Shown one piece after another: positions 1 to 8,837 of a DNA stretch of 64,000 bases. A program made the translations under genes and the position numbers. Every line of letters starts with the position of its first letter. The stretch's first letter is position 1. Under the pieces are notes generated by a model that searched no databases, had not been told where the DNA came from, and saw only the letters and a program-made list of their open reading frames with translations. This DNA comes from a virus (Duplodnaviria; Heunggongvirae; Uroviricota; Caudoviricetes), in the IMG/VR virus record IMGVR_UViG_3300003310_000099, positions 298,295 through 362,294 of that record; one strand, given 5' to 3'.

Positions 1-116
1 ATGGCGGCTGGAATCCCTACGACGATATGATTAAAGGGCAATGGGTACTCGTCGCACGACAATTCACCGCAACCATCCGTAAGAAAGCAGAAAACCTTAG
101 CTGTACCGAGTAAACC

Positions 117-324
117 ATGAAGACTAAAGAACACTACGAGTTTGGCGAATGCCCTGATTGCGGCGAAGATATCCCCCGATAATGCCGTAAGTGGCGAAGA
201 ATGCCATAACTGCGGCCATGTCTGGAATACCGTCTGCGATGATTGTGGCACTGAATTCAAATCCTTTATGAAAGAAACAAACTCAACCCTGGAGGAAGTT
301 TATGGCTGTCCGAAATGTTCTTAA
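117..324 (+). pseudogene. Multi-CxxC zinc-ribbon protein, frameshifted at a C5 tract
   Basis: Leaderless ATG at 117 gives MKTKEHYEFGECPDCGEDIP; the CHNC/CDDC/CPKC part continues in another frame after 173-177. Confidence 0.6.
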
Positions 325-826
325 TAAACTGCGTTGGTGGCTCTTTCATGCAAAACACCCCAATTATGCCCATGAACACTCTGTCTTTAACACCAATGGC
401 ATGAAAGATTTCCAGAAACTACTCGACAAAATTACCTTCCCTGGCTACACTTTCGAGCTAGGTGAACAAAATGGTAATATGTTCGTCCGTGTTAAATACA
501 ATGAACCCGATGTATTCACAGGCGTCAACGAAACTCAGTACGGACGGAAATGGTGGCTTGAACCCGAAAATGATGAAATGCAATTCATCCAAACCTGTTT
601 CAAAGCCCTACTAACGTCCCTCGAACATCGCGCCAGAGAAAATTTCAAGTACGATGGGCTGCCCATTAACTTCCCCCACCGTACCCTCAAAGAAGCCTGC
701 GAACAGGCTAAACGGGAAAAGTCAACCGTAAATATGCCCCCAATCGAATTCACCTTCAAAGATGAATTCAAACAACATCTGAGGGCACAGTTTAATAAGG
801 CAGTATATGAAACAAAAAATCCTTAA
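302..826 (+). CDS. hypothetical phage protein
   Basis: 174-aa ORF in a tightly packed + strand run. Confidence 0.7.
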   Translation: MAVRNVLNKLRWWLFHAKHPNYAHEHSVFNTNGMKDFQKLLDKITFPGYTFELGEQNGNMFVRVKYNEPDVFTGVNETQYGRKWWLEPENDEMQFIQTCFKALLTSLEHRARENFKYDGLPINFPHRTLKEACEQAKREKSTVNMPPIEFTFKDEFKQHLRAQFNKAVYETKNP

Positions 827-1058
827 TCTAGTCACCTTAGACCAATCGCTCCGCTCCAAAGTTGACTCCTGGGACGCCGAAGATGGGGAGCTAATTGACT
901 TAAATAAGGAAATTGGCCTGTCACGCTCCCTAAGTGTCCCATATTACCAAACTCCAATGCACGCCATTGGTGACGGGTGGCGGCTTATCGCCCCTCCCGT
1001 CTTTATCAAAAATTACATAAACGATATCAACGCCTATGAATGGTGGTTTGAAAAATGA
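807..1058 (+). CDS. hypothetical protein
   Basis: ORF overlapping upstream stop. Confidence 0.6.
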   Translation: MKQKILNLVTLDQSLRSKVDSWDAEDGELIDLNKEIGLSRSLSVPYYQTPMHAIGDGWRLIAPPVFIKNYINDINAYEWWFEK

Positions 1059-1220
1059 AAAATTATCACTACCATTGGCTCCATATCCCTACAGGGAAAT
1101 CAGGCACAAGCACAGTCGCTAATATCGACCGCCTAACATTCCTCGAATACCTCAATCGCTGGAACCAAAGCGGGTCCGATTGGAAGTATTGGGAGATACC
1201 TTAGCTGTACCAAGGATATC

Positions 1221-1397
1221 ATGTTCAAAATCCTAAAACGTACCGTCAAAAACAACACATTGGGCAATTGGTTCCCTATCTGGTCCTCCACTGATGGACA
1301 AGATACCGCCAATTACCTCAAACAATGCGTCGAAGCTCAACCCGATGCCCATTTCAAAATGGTGTTTGAATGTTTACCAACGAACAAGCCCAAGTAA
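1221..1397 (+). CDS. hypothetical protein (leaderless)
   Basis: ATG 21 nt after motif at 1200. Confidence 0.55.
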   Translation: MFKILKRTVKNNTLGNWFPIWSSTDGQDTANYLKQCVEAQPDAHFKMVFECLPTNKPK

Positions 1398-1690
1398 TCG
1401 CTGAATCAATCTACCAGTCTTGGAAATGGGGCGATACCTCCCTTGAACCTAATGACTGGTTCATGGTAAAAATGCCCCAGGATGTTCAAGACCTTTGCCA
1501 CGAAAGACTTGACAATGAAGTACACAAAATCACTGAATGAGGCTCTGCAAAATGCCCATCTTGAAGCTCTGTGTTTGAAAGCATGTGCCCTTACGTTGGA
1601 AGATGCCGATAGCCATAACCTTTTTCGGGAAATAGCAGATAAAATCAAACAGTGCAGAGAATTACTCAATAAACACGAATGGAAAACTAT

Positions 1691-1894
1691 ATGAAAGTCC
1701 ATGCAGATGATCTGTTCGCCGCCCTTGTAACCGCCATCGGCTACCAAACCGATAATGAAGTTAATTCCCAAAAACAACAAGGGCCGTTCCGTAAATCCCA
1801 ATTTCTCAAGAATTTAGAGAAAATGCTGGATGCCGTCAAACGTGGCGAACAACTACAACTGGTCTACCCCGATGACCTCAATGAATTAGGATAA
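1691..1894 (+). CDS. hypothetical protein
   Basis: ORF track, packed operon. Confidence 0.55.
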   Translation: MKVHADDLFAALVTAIGYQTDNEVNSQKQQGPFRKSQFLKNLEKMLDAVKRGEQLQLVYPDDLNELG

Positions 1895-1897
1895 ACT

Positions 1898-2254
1898 ATG
1901 AAACCAAACCAACTTAAATGGGACATGAACGACCCAACTACTGACCCAATGACCTATCTGCTCGATGCAGCAAATAGAAAACAAATGATCCAGGTAGATG
2001 CCTCTACTTTAGTCAAGTATCTTACCAAGGCTAAAGAGATTGCAGACAAAGCTACCAATATCGGCGGCGATCAAGCTGCACGCTTGAACTATCTCATGGA
2101 GGATGTTGTCAACTCCATTCCCCAAATGTTTCGCGTTATGGCCGATCCCCCCGATTACCTCGTTGGCATCGGCCCCGATCATGAATTCACCGTCACCGCA
2201 AGAACTCTGTCCAAAGAACGCGCAAAACAGATTGCGAACCTACTCAATGGCTAA
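1898..2254 (+). CDS. hypothetical protein
   Basis: 118-aa ORF with AGGA RBS. Confidence 0.65.
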   Translation: MKPNQLKWDMNDPTTDPMTYLLDAANRKQMIQVDASTLVKYLTKAKEIADKATNIGGDQAARLNYLMEDVVNSIPQMFRVMADPPDYLVGIGPDHEFTVTARTLSKERAKQIANLLNG

Positions 2255-2426
2255 AAAGAAATCCAAAAAAGATGAACTCGCCCAACTAGAACAATATGTC
2301 AGCTTCCTAAAGAACGCAATGGAGTCCGAAAACTTCAAGCAAAATGACCCCGAACGCTACGAAAAAGAAAAAGCTAAATACCAAAAAGCTAAATTCAGAC
2401 TGAAATGCCTGAAAGGGAAACCTTAG
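2247..2426 (+). CDS. small Lys-rich hypothetical protein
   Basis: MAKKKSKK start; stop is the TAG of the motif at 2422. Confidence 0.55.
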   Translation: MAKKKSKKDELAQLEQYVSFLKNAMESENFKQNDPERYEKEKAKYQKAKFRLKCLKGKP

Positions 2427-2464
2427 CTGTACCAAGTAAACTGCCCAAACCAAAGGAGATTATC

Positions 2465-2677
2465 ATGAACGCCGAAAATATGAACCCCGATGCCTGCGGC
2501 GAACTCTACCCCAAAGGCTACCTAACACTCATCGACACCATCGCTAATGATATCTGCGATAGTAGCGATAACCCCGATAACCCACACGAAAATGAAATCG
2601 AAGCCTACTTTGAAGCCCTCGTAGGTGATGTTAAAGACCTACTCGAACGCCGTAAACTTACCTCAAGTCAGGAGTAA
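2465..2677 (+). CDS. acidic hypothetical protein
   Basis: AAGGAG RBS after motif. Confidence 0.65.
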   Translation: MNAENMNPDACGELYPKGYLTLIDTIANDICDSSDNPDNPHENEIEAYFEALVGDVKDLLERRKLTSSQE

Positions 2678-3003
2678 AATGGTAGAATTATCCAAGGCCC
2701 AAGTCGATGCAGGGGAATTAAATAACTTTAACCCCGAACGCTATGACGCCAAATGGAACCCCGATGGCAGCGTTACCCTCTATCCGCTCCTCTGGTGGGA
2801 TGACCAAAGCTATATAAGATACCAAACCCAGGAGTAACCAATGGCGGCTAGTTTTCAATATCCCTGTCACCCCTTCATGGACCCCAAGAAACGCTACCGT
2901 GTCCCTGTTAGATTCGGACAAGATAAAATTAGACATAGCCGCTGTAAAACCTGTGGGAAACGATACTCAATCCAACTTTCACCCAATGGACCTATTATTA
3001 AAC

Positions 3004-3171
3004 ATGAACCAAACTCAATACGGTAAATCCATTGGCTATGAAGACGCCTACCGTGAAGGCTATGCAGCAAAATACGAAGAATGGTTAGTACGCACTAACC
3101 CCTACCCAGAAGATACCGAAGAATTCCGTGGCTATGAAGATGGCTATTGCGAAGCTGTCCTGTTCTCCTGA
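3004..3171 (+). CDS. small hypothetical protein with GYxxGY-like repeats
   Basis: GYEDAYREGY...NPY...GYEDGY pattern common in phage ORFs. Confidence 0.5.
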   Translation: MNQTQYGKSIGYEDAYREGYAAKYEEWLVRTNPYPEDTEEFRGYEDGYCEAVLFS

Positions 3172-3184
3172 GAGGTAATAACCT

Positions 3185-3379
3185 ATGTGGCACCAAGACG
3201 ATAAAGATAGTTATACCATCGAATCATCCATGATGCAAAATGGTAATTGCCCCAAATGTAATCTCCCTATAACCAAAACACACCTGACCAAAACCGATAC
3301 CGATGCAGCAGGTGAAGATGTTTATGGTTGGCGTTATTACCATCCCTGCGGGGCTTCCCTGTTAATCATCAATGATTAA
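3185..3379 (+). CDS. small CxxC hypothetical protein
   Basis: GAGG RBS; CPKC...HPC. Confidence 0.6.
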   Translation: MWHQDDKDSYTIESSMMQNGNCPKCNLPITKTHLTKTDTDAAGEDVYGWRYYHPCGASLLIIND

Positions 3380-3384
3380 CTAAA

Positions 3385-4260
3385 AGTTATTAACGTCACA
3401 AATCTGCATCACAAATTATCCAGCTTGTGATGCCTAATCCTGTGATGCGTATGCACATGTGCGCGAAATTCATGGTTGCGTTAAATGGTTGAAAAACAAT
3501 AATTAGGTTGTGAATGGGCTTGTGATGTGCGTGCGTATGCACATGAGGGGTCTAGCCCCTCCTCATATAAGCCCCGCAAATCATTGTATAAAGCTTTAAT
3601 GTCAATTAAATAAATGAAACTAAAGAAAAGTGACCCTAGCCCCGTCTGTAATCTTTTCCTATTCAAAATAATCATTAAATTGATATTTAGGAAAAGATTA
3701 CATTGTGATGGGTGCGTGTTGTGATGGCGTGTATCCGCGTGTTGTGATGCGTATGTGCGTATGTGCGTATACGCACACATGAGGGAGGGGGAATTAAGAT
3801 GAAATTAAGGTTCAAGGGAACTGATACTTATTTGAATCACGATGGGATTATAATTGAATTCACCGAGTTGGTGGCTGAATGGTTATGTAAAGATTTCCCT
3901 GACCTGGAAATCGTTTATCCTCACGATTATCAAATCTAGTTTTGTGACGCAGGCACGCTCACATGTGTACATACGCTCACATGTGCCCTCGCGGGAGCGT
4001 ATGTACACATAGCATAGGTACATAAAAATAGACCAGGAAGAACTTTCGTCCTTCGCTGGTCTATTGAGAACCAACTCTGTCGCCCATCAGGTTGGTCCTA
4101 CACTCTTATCCTACCACATCCTCCACCATTGTCAAGCCACTATCCCCATTTTCTCCCAATTCATGCCACACCTCAACTTTCATGGCGAATTGGGTGGTGG
4201 AGTGTACAGCGTATGGTAGGGGGTGGGTAACAATATAGATGTGTTAAAATTTGCGTCAAT
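3385..4260. repeat. Non-coding region with TGTGAYG iteron-like repeats; candidate replication origin
   Basis: About 9 TGTGAYG copies (2 inverted), purine-pyrimidine alternating tracts, AT-rich stretches, visible C-rich to G-rich skew switch. Confidence 0.5.
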
Positions 4261-4637
4261 TTAATTTAGCTTAGCTGTACCGAGTGGGTTGAGGCTCGAC
4301 GGAAATCTAACTGGAGGAAGCAGATGCGGGATATGGAGGGGAAGAGTTACGCTGACAGGGTTTACGCTACTGGTACGGCACAGAAGAGGAAGCGTGAGGC
4401 GGCAGACAAGGTGAGGGTGCGGCGTACCAGTAGGCGGAAGGCGAAAAATAAGCTTAGCTGTACCTAGTCGGTTGCGGTTTGACGCCGCAAGGTGGTGTCC
4501 CGTAACGTTTTGGGTCTTGGGGGCGGTTTATTCTGGACTAGAAAAACTGAAACTAGATTTACAAAACGTAGAATTGGGCTAGAATAAAGCTTAGCTGTAC
4601 TGAGTCGAGTGGGTCGAGAACACAACTTTTCAGGAGA

Positions 4638-5627
4638 ATGACAATGGTTGCAGCACTGGAACTGAACGCCAACGGGACCGCGAACATGGCTTATGTTGGT
4701 GAGACGCCGTGGCATCGTTTGGGTACGGTGGTGGATGAGGCGGCGGCGTATGACGCTGAGGGTTTCATCAAGGCGGCTGGTTTGGATTGGGAAGCGGAAA
4801 AGGTGCGGTTGCAGACGTGCGACACTCAGGAAGCGGTGGACGCCTATATGGTTCGTCGGACTTCGGACAAGAAGAAGTTGGCGGATTCGGTGGGCGCACG
4901 GTACACGATTCTTCAGAATCGGGATGCGTTCAAGTGGTTCCAACCGTGGCTGGACGAAAAGGCGGCTGCGTTGCACACTGCGGGCGCTCTGTTCGAGGGT
5001 AGTCGCATCTGGATTTTGGCCAAGTTGAACCGTGATCCGATGGAGATTGCGGCGGGCGACATTGTTGAGAAGTATGTGCTTCTCAGTCATTCGCACGACG
5101 GTACGTTGGCGATTCGGTGCGGTTTCACGCCGATTCGGGTGGTTTGTTGGAATACGTTGAGCATGGCTCATTCCAACGATGCGTCGAAGCTGATTCGGGT
5201 GAAGCACAGTAAGAACGTCATCACGAATTTGGAAAACATTCGTGAGACGATGAACTTGGTGAATGCCGAGTTCGAGGCGACTGCGGAGCAGTATCGCATG
5301 TTGGCTTCCAAGTCGATCAATCAGGCCGACTTGAAGAAGTACATCAAGAAGGTTTTCTCCCTGGACGGGGTTGAAGACAAGGACATTAGCACGCGGTCCA
5401 AGAACATCATGGATGAGGTGATCGGGCTTTGTGAGGCGGGCAAGGGCAACAATCTGCCCTCCGTTCGCGGAACCTACTGGTCCGCGTACAATGGCGTAAC
5501 TGAATACCTCAGTTACGTTTCGGGCCGCAACGAGTCCAACCGAATGGATTCGCTGTGGTTCGGGAAGGCGAACGGCACGAATGCCGACGCCTTGGCCTAC
5601 GCCGTGGAAATGGCGATGGCGGTTTAA
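4638..5627 (+). CDS. DUF932 family phage/plasmid protein (TIGR03299-like)
   Basis: MAYVGETPWHRLG, SHDG, TPIRVVCWNTL and GTYWSAYNGVTEY motifs. Confidence 0.9.
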   Translation: MTMVAALELNANGTANMAYVGETPWHRLGTVVDEAAAYDAEGFIKAAGLDWEAEKVRLQTCDTQEAVDAYMVRRTSDKKKLADSVGARYTILQNRDAFKWFQPWLDEKAAALHTAGALFEGSRIWILAKLNRDPMEIAAGDIVEKYVLLSHSHDGTLAIRCGFTPIRVVCWNTLSMAHSNDASKLIRVKHSKNVITNLENIRETMNLVNAEFEATAEQYRMLASKSINQADLKKYIKKVFSLDGVEDKDISTRSKNIMDEVIGLCEAGKGNNLPSVRGTYWSAYNGVTEYLSYVSGRNESNRMDSLWFGKANGTNADALAYAVEMAMAV

Positions 5628-5635
5628 GGGATGAG

Positions 5636-5669
5636 GTGAGGGGGAGTAAAATCTCCCTCACTTTTTTTT
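5636..5669 (+). terminator. Rho-independent terminator
   Basis: GTGAGGGGGA/TCTCCCTCAC stem followed by a T-run. Confidence 0.8.
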
Positions 5670-5714
5670 GGGTTTAACTCATTTATATCTTAGCTGTACC
5701 TACAGGAGATAGAG

Positions 5715-5948
5715 ATGACGACAATCCATTATGAATACCAATTGAGCATTCTTTCAAAATGCGGTTTAACGCAAGGGGCTTATGAGGCGGCGGTGACTGC
5801 ATTATTGACTCAACAGTATCCAGGGGCTACGATTGAAATAGCCATAGGCACTGACACCTATGGGACTTCGGACGAAATGAGGATATCGGACGCTGACATA
5901 ATTACAGTTGCTGACAATGCGATGGGTGAATTATGTTCGATACCTTAG
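5715..5948 (+). CDS. hypothetical protein
   Basis: AGGAG RBS after motif. Confidence 0.6.
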   Translation: MTTIHYEYQLSILSKCGLTQGAYEAAVTALLTQQYPGATIEIAIGTDTYGTSDEMRISDADIITVADNAMGELCSIP

Positions 5949-5964
5949 CTGTACTGAGTGAAGC

Positions 5965-6207
5965 ATGAAGACAGAACAAGCACTTTTGAAGAGGATTGAC
6001 GAATCGCCGCACAAGCGAACTTGTGTATTATGGGGATATCGGACACATCGCAAGAGGGGCAGTTATGGTAATCGTGAGTTCAACGCGATGATTAGGCTGC
6101 GGGATGCTGGGATTATTGAGATTATCAATAGTTCAAAGTATCAGGATTGCGGACGCACTTCGACTGACAACTGGCATGAGACGATTATACAAAGGAAGCC
6201 CATTTAG
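5965..6207 (+). CDS. hypothetical protein (leaderless)
   Basis: ATG at motif+21. Confidence 0.65.
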   Translation: MKTEQALLKRIDESPHKRTCVLWGYRTHRKRGSYGNREFNAMIRLRDAGIIEIINSSKYQDCGRTSTDNWHETIIQRKPI

Positions 6208-6360
6208 CTAAGCGCTTAGTTAGATTGGGTTTAGGGATAGCATACTCCCCTTTCAAGGGAGGGGTGGGGTGAAAGACCCTACGGGCCGAATGTGCCTAAT
6301 GGTGTAAAAATCCCCTTTGTATATCTTAGCTGTACCGAGTCAATTCTTTGGAGTTCAAAA

Positions 6361-6603
6361 ATGCTGACGGGCAAGGACTATCCTCATCTATGTTCGGCGT
6401 GTCAAGCTGCCATTGATGATATGGCAAGTTTGTATGGGGATGGTTTGATGGAAGACACGGACAATGAGGAAGCGGCTTGTGATGCCGTATACGATCATCG
6501 CATGTTTTGCGGTGGTGGGGAGTGTGTGAACAAGCCTATCAAGTATGTTCACGCACCTTATTGTCCAGGGCCGATGATGTGCAACTGTTACCCAACAAGG
6601 TGA
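6361..6603 (+). CDS. Cys-rich hypothetical protein
   Basis: GGAG RBS after motif 6325. Confidence 0.6.
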   Translation: MLTGKDYPHLCSACQAAIDDMASLYGDGLMEDTDNEEAACDAVYDHRMFCGGGECVNKPIKYVHAPYCPGPMMCNCYPTR

Positions 6604-6605
6604 AA

Positions 6606-6821
6606 ATGGAAAATCCAGTTTATCATGCGTGTCGGGTTGCGTTCAACTGCGGTACGGATGGGGTGCCGTGGCACATGGTATGTCACGCACTGAGGCAGGG
6701 TTTAGGATTGAAGTCTGCAATGACCTATACTCTTACTGAGAAGGACTTTGCAGCATATCCTGATTTACGGGAACTGGTGGATAGATTGGGCCAGACAGGT
6801 TTCGACAGCGACCCTAAGTGA
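6606..6821 (+). CDS. hypothetical protein, 3' end overlaps the tmRNA-like gene
   Basis: ATG just after upstream stop. Confidence 0.45.
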   Translation: MENPVYHACRVAFNCGTDGVPWHMVCHALRQGLGLKSAMTYTLTEKDFAAYPDLRELVDRLGQTGFDSDPK

Positions 6822-6924
6822 CAGGCTTGACCGTGGTAGGTCAGACGCGAAAAGATGCCTCAATTCAAGTAGCGTAGTTTGTCAGCAAGTCGTCTGGAAT
6901 CGGGTTCAAATCCCGACTGGTCCA
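6788..6924 (+). ncRNA. ssrA: Minimal tmRNA (137 nt), predicted tag (A)ASIQVA*
   Basis: 5' GGGCCAG-ACAGGTTTCGAC; acceptor GGGCCAG/CTGGTCC-A with G3.U70; T-arm TCGGG-TTCAAAT-CCCGA; helix 2 TGACAGGCT/AGTTTGTCA; resume context AAGAT-GCC. Confidence 0.8.
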
Positions 6925-7031
6925 CTTAAAGCTTAGCTGTACCAAGTGGTTTGTGTCGGGGAGGTGACTAAGGAAGTTTGCCAGTAACTCTCCAGTACCG
7001 ACATTAAATAAATTCACGGAAACTGGTATGC

Positions 7032-7116
7032 GGACACTGTTCCATACGTCCAGCTGTAACCTGGATGCCATTAAGATGTATGGTGGTGGCGGTGGGTTCG
7101 ATTCCTACAGTGTCCA
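7032..7116 (+). tRNA. tRNA-Tyr(GTA)-like RNA lacking a D-arm
   Basis: Acceptor GGACACT/AGTGTCC-A, anticodon arm TCCAG-CTGTAAC-CTGGA, T-arm GTGGG-TTCGATT-CCTAC; only 10 nt where the D-arm should be. Confidence 0.7.
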
Positions 7117-7143
7117 TTAAATCTTAGCTGTACCAAGGAGTTT

Positions 7144-7359
7144 GTGATGATGAAGGCATTGGCATTGGGCGTGGTGTGGGAGAGTGGCGAGAACAACTCG
7201 ATGGAGGTTGACGCCGACCTTGGTGCGCAGGAAGTTGCGGACCTCATGGAAAATGAATTTGGTTGTGAGTTTGACGACATTTTCATGGTGGTCAATGGGG
7301 ATGGTTGCCCTGATGTGGAGCATCATTGGCGGCGTGGCAAGCACTTTAACAGGGGATAG
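7144..7359 (+). CDS. acidic hypothetical protein
   Basis: GTG at motif+21. Confidence 0.55.
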   Translation: MMMKALALGVVWESGENNSMEVDADLGAQEVADLMENEFGCEFDDIFMVVNGDGCPDVEHHWRRGKHFNRG

Positions 7360-7586
7360 CAATGCAACAGTTTCGGGTTGAATTGGTGGTGACGGTGAAC
7401 ACTCTTGATACGGTGAGTGAGGCGGAAGTGCAGAGGCACTTGGAGGGCTACCTGGAAGATTTCGACATTGGGAATGCTGAGGTTCAGGAGTGTAAGGAAA
7501 TCTAAACCTTAGCTGTACCAAGTCAGTTGTGAGCTAAGCATGACGTGCTAAACATGCCGAGTACCGCCGCGTTAGTGCGGGCATTT

Positions 7587-7658
7587 GCCGCATTCGACTT
7601 CTAGTGAGGTCATCTGGCTTTCACCCAGAGTAGACGGGAGCGTAACCCGTATGCGGCA
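7587..7658 (+). tRNA. tRNA-Glu(TTC) with non-canonical T-loop
   Basis: Acceptor GCCGCAT/ATGCGGC-A, D-stem GACT/GGTC, anticodon arm TCTGG-CTTTCAC-CCAGA, T-arm ACGGG-AGCGTAA-CCCGT; no encoded CCA. Confidence 0.8.
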
Positions 7659-7714
7659 CTAAACCTTAGCTGTACCGAGTGAATTGTTACTTTTCTCTTT
7701 CTAAGGAGTTTGGA

Positions 7715-8158
7715 ATGGGTCGTTACAACAGCAGCAACATCGGTAACATGCTGGAAGAACTCATCAATGATGCGGTGGAAACCGCGATCAACGAGACGGA
7801 TTTCGAGGACAAGATCAACGATACGCTGCCCAATTTCGAGGACATGATCGAAAGGGCAGTCGATAACATCGACATTGACGACAAGGTGAACGACGCGGTT
7901 TCGGAAGCGTTGGACGAGTACGACATTTCCGAAAAGGTGGAGAAGGAAGTTGAGGCGGAACTGACCGCCCACCTCCACGAATACGTTGAGAACGAATTCG
8001 ATTCGTTCTCCAAGACCGACAAGTTCAAGGAACTGGTCATGGCGGAAGTGAATCGGGTATTGGACGCACGGGAAGCGGCGAAGCGTGCGAAGCTGGTGGA
8101 TTACGTCAAGTTTGGGCCGCTTCGTCGGTGGGTTGCGGCTTGGGGTAGCTGGTACTAA
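7715..8158 (+). CDS. highly acidic helical-repeat protein
   Basis: AAGGAG RBS; D/E-rich periodic sequence. Confidence 0.75.
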   Translation: MGRYNSSNIGNMLEELINDAVETAINETDFEDKINDTLPNFEDMIERAVDNIDIDDKVNDAVSEALDEYDISEKVEKEVEAELTAHLHEYVENEFDSFSKTDKFKELVMAEVNRVLDAREAAKRAKLVDYVKFGPLRRWVAAWGSWY

Positions 8159-8249
8159 GAAACAGGGAATCGCCCTCCCTGCTGGAAAGCTTAGCTGTAC
8201 TGAGTTAGTTGTGTCACTTACTTTTCTCTTTTTGAAAGGGTTTCGAGCA

Positions 8250-8558
8250 ATGGTCAAGAACGAACTGGTGCATGTTTGCGGCAACGAGACTTCCGAGGGT
8301 TTCAAGGTGCTTCCGCTGGTGGTTCGCAAGCCGCGTAAGGCCAAGGTGGTGAAGGCCAAGGGCAAGGCGGGTCGTCCGCGAGTGTACAACGGTACGCAAC
8401 GTCGCATCGTGGCGGCGGCGCTGAAGAAGCACGGTCTGACCAAGGGCTTGGAGTTCTTGGCCAAGGAACGCAAGCTCAAGGTGTCGATGACCTTGGCGAT
8501 TGCGGTTGCCAAGGAACACAAGATCGAGTTTCAGCGGGGCCGTCCCAAGGCCGCGTAA
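8250..8558 (+). CDS. basic protein with AT-hook-like GRPR/RGRPK motifs; putative DNA-binding
   Basis: Lys/Arg-rich, ends PKAA, followed by hairpin. Confidence 0.7.
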   Translation: MVKNELVHVCGNETSEGFKVLPLVVRKPRKAKVVKAKGKAGRPRVYNGTQRRIVAAALKKHGLTKGLEFLAKERKLKVSMTLAIAVAKEHKIEFQRGRPKAA

Positions 8559-8623
8559 GGGCTACAAGGGGGGACTGCAACCCCCTTGCCTGCGAGATTT
8601 CTAAATTCTAATTGGGGATTGCC

Positions 8624-8785
8624 ATGAACCGTGAACGCATGATTGACACGATTTGCCTTGACCTGGAGGGTTGGCTTGAGCGTGATCGTCAAGAGTTCCT
8701 GAATCATGTGGAGGAACTGGAGCGGGCTTATCTGAAAACGAAGTCCGACAAGGAACTGACGGAGATTTACGAGGCAAGCGTATAG
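8624..8785 (+). CDS. hypothetical protein
   Basis: 53-aa ORF with GGGG RBS ending at next motif. Confidence 0.55.
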   Translation: MNRERMIDTICLDLEGWLERDRQEFLNHVEELERAYLKTKSDKELTEIYEASV

Positions 8786-8837
8786 CTTAGCTGTACCGAG
8801 TGTGATGTAAGATTTCTTTTTCTCAAAGGGGATTTGA

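Noticed and set aside
3481-4074. ORFs in the putative origin region
   Set aside because: Low-complexity translations of alternating purine-pyrimidine repeats with no RBS
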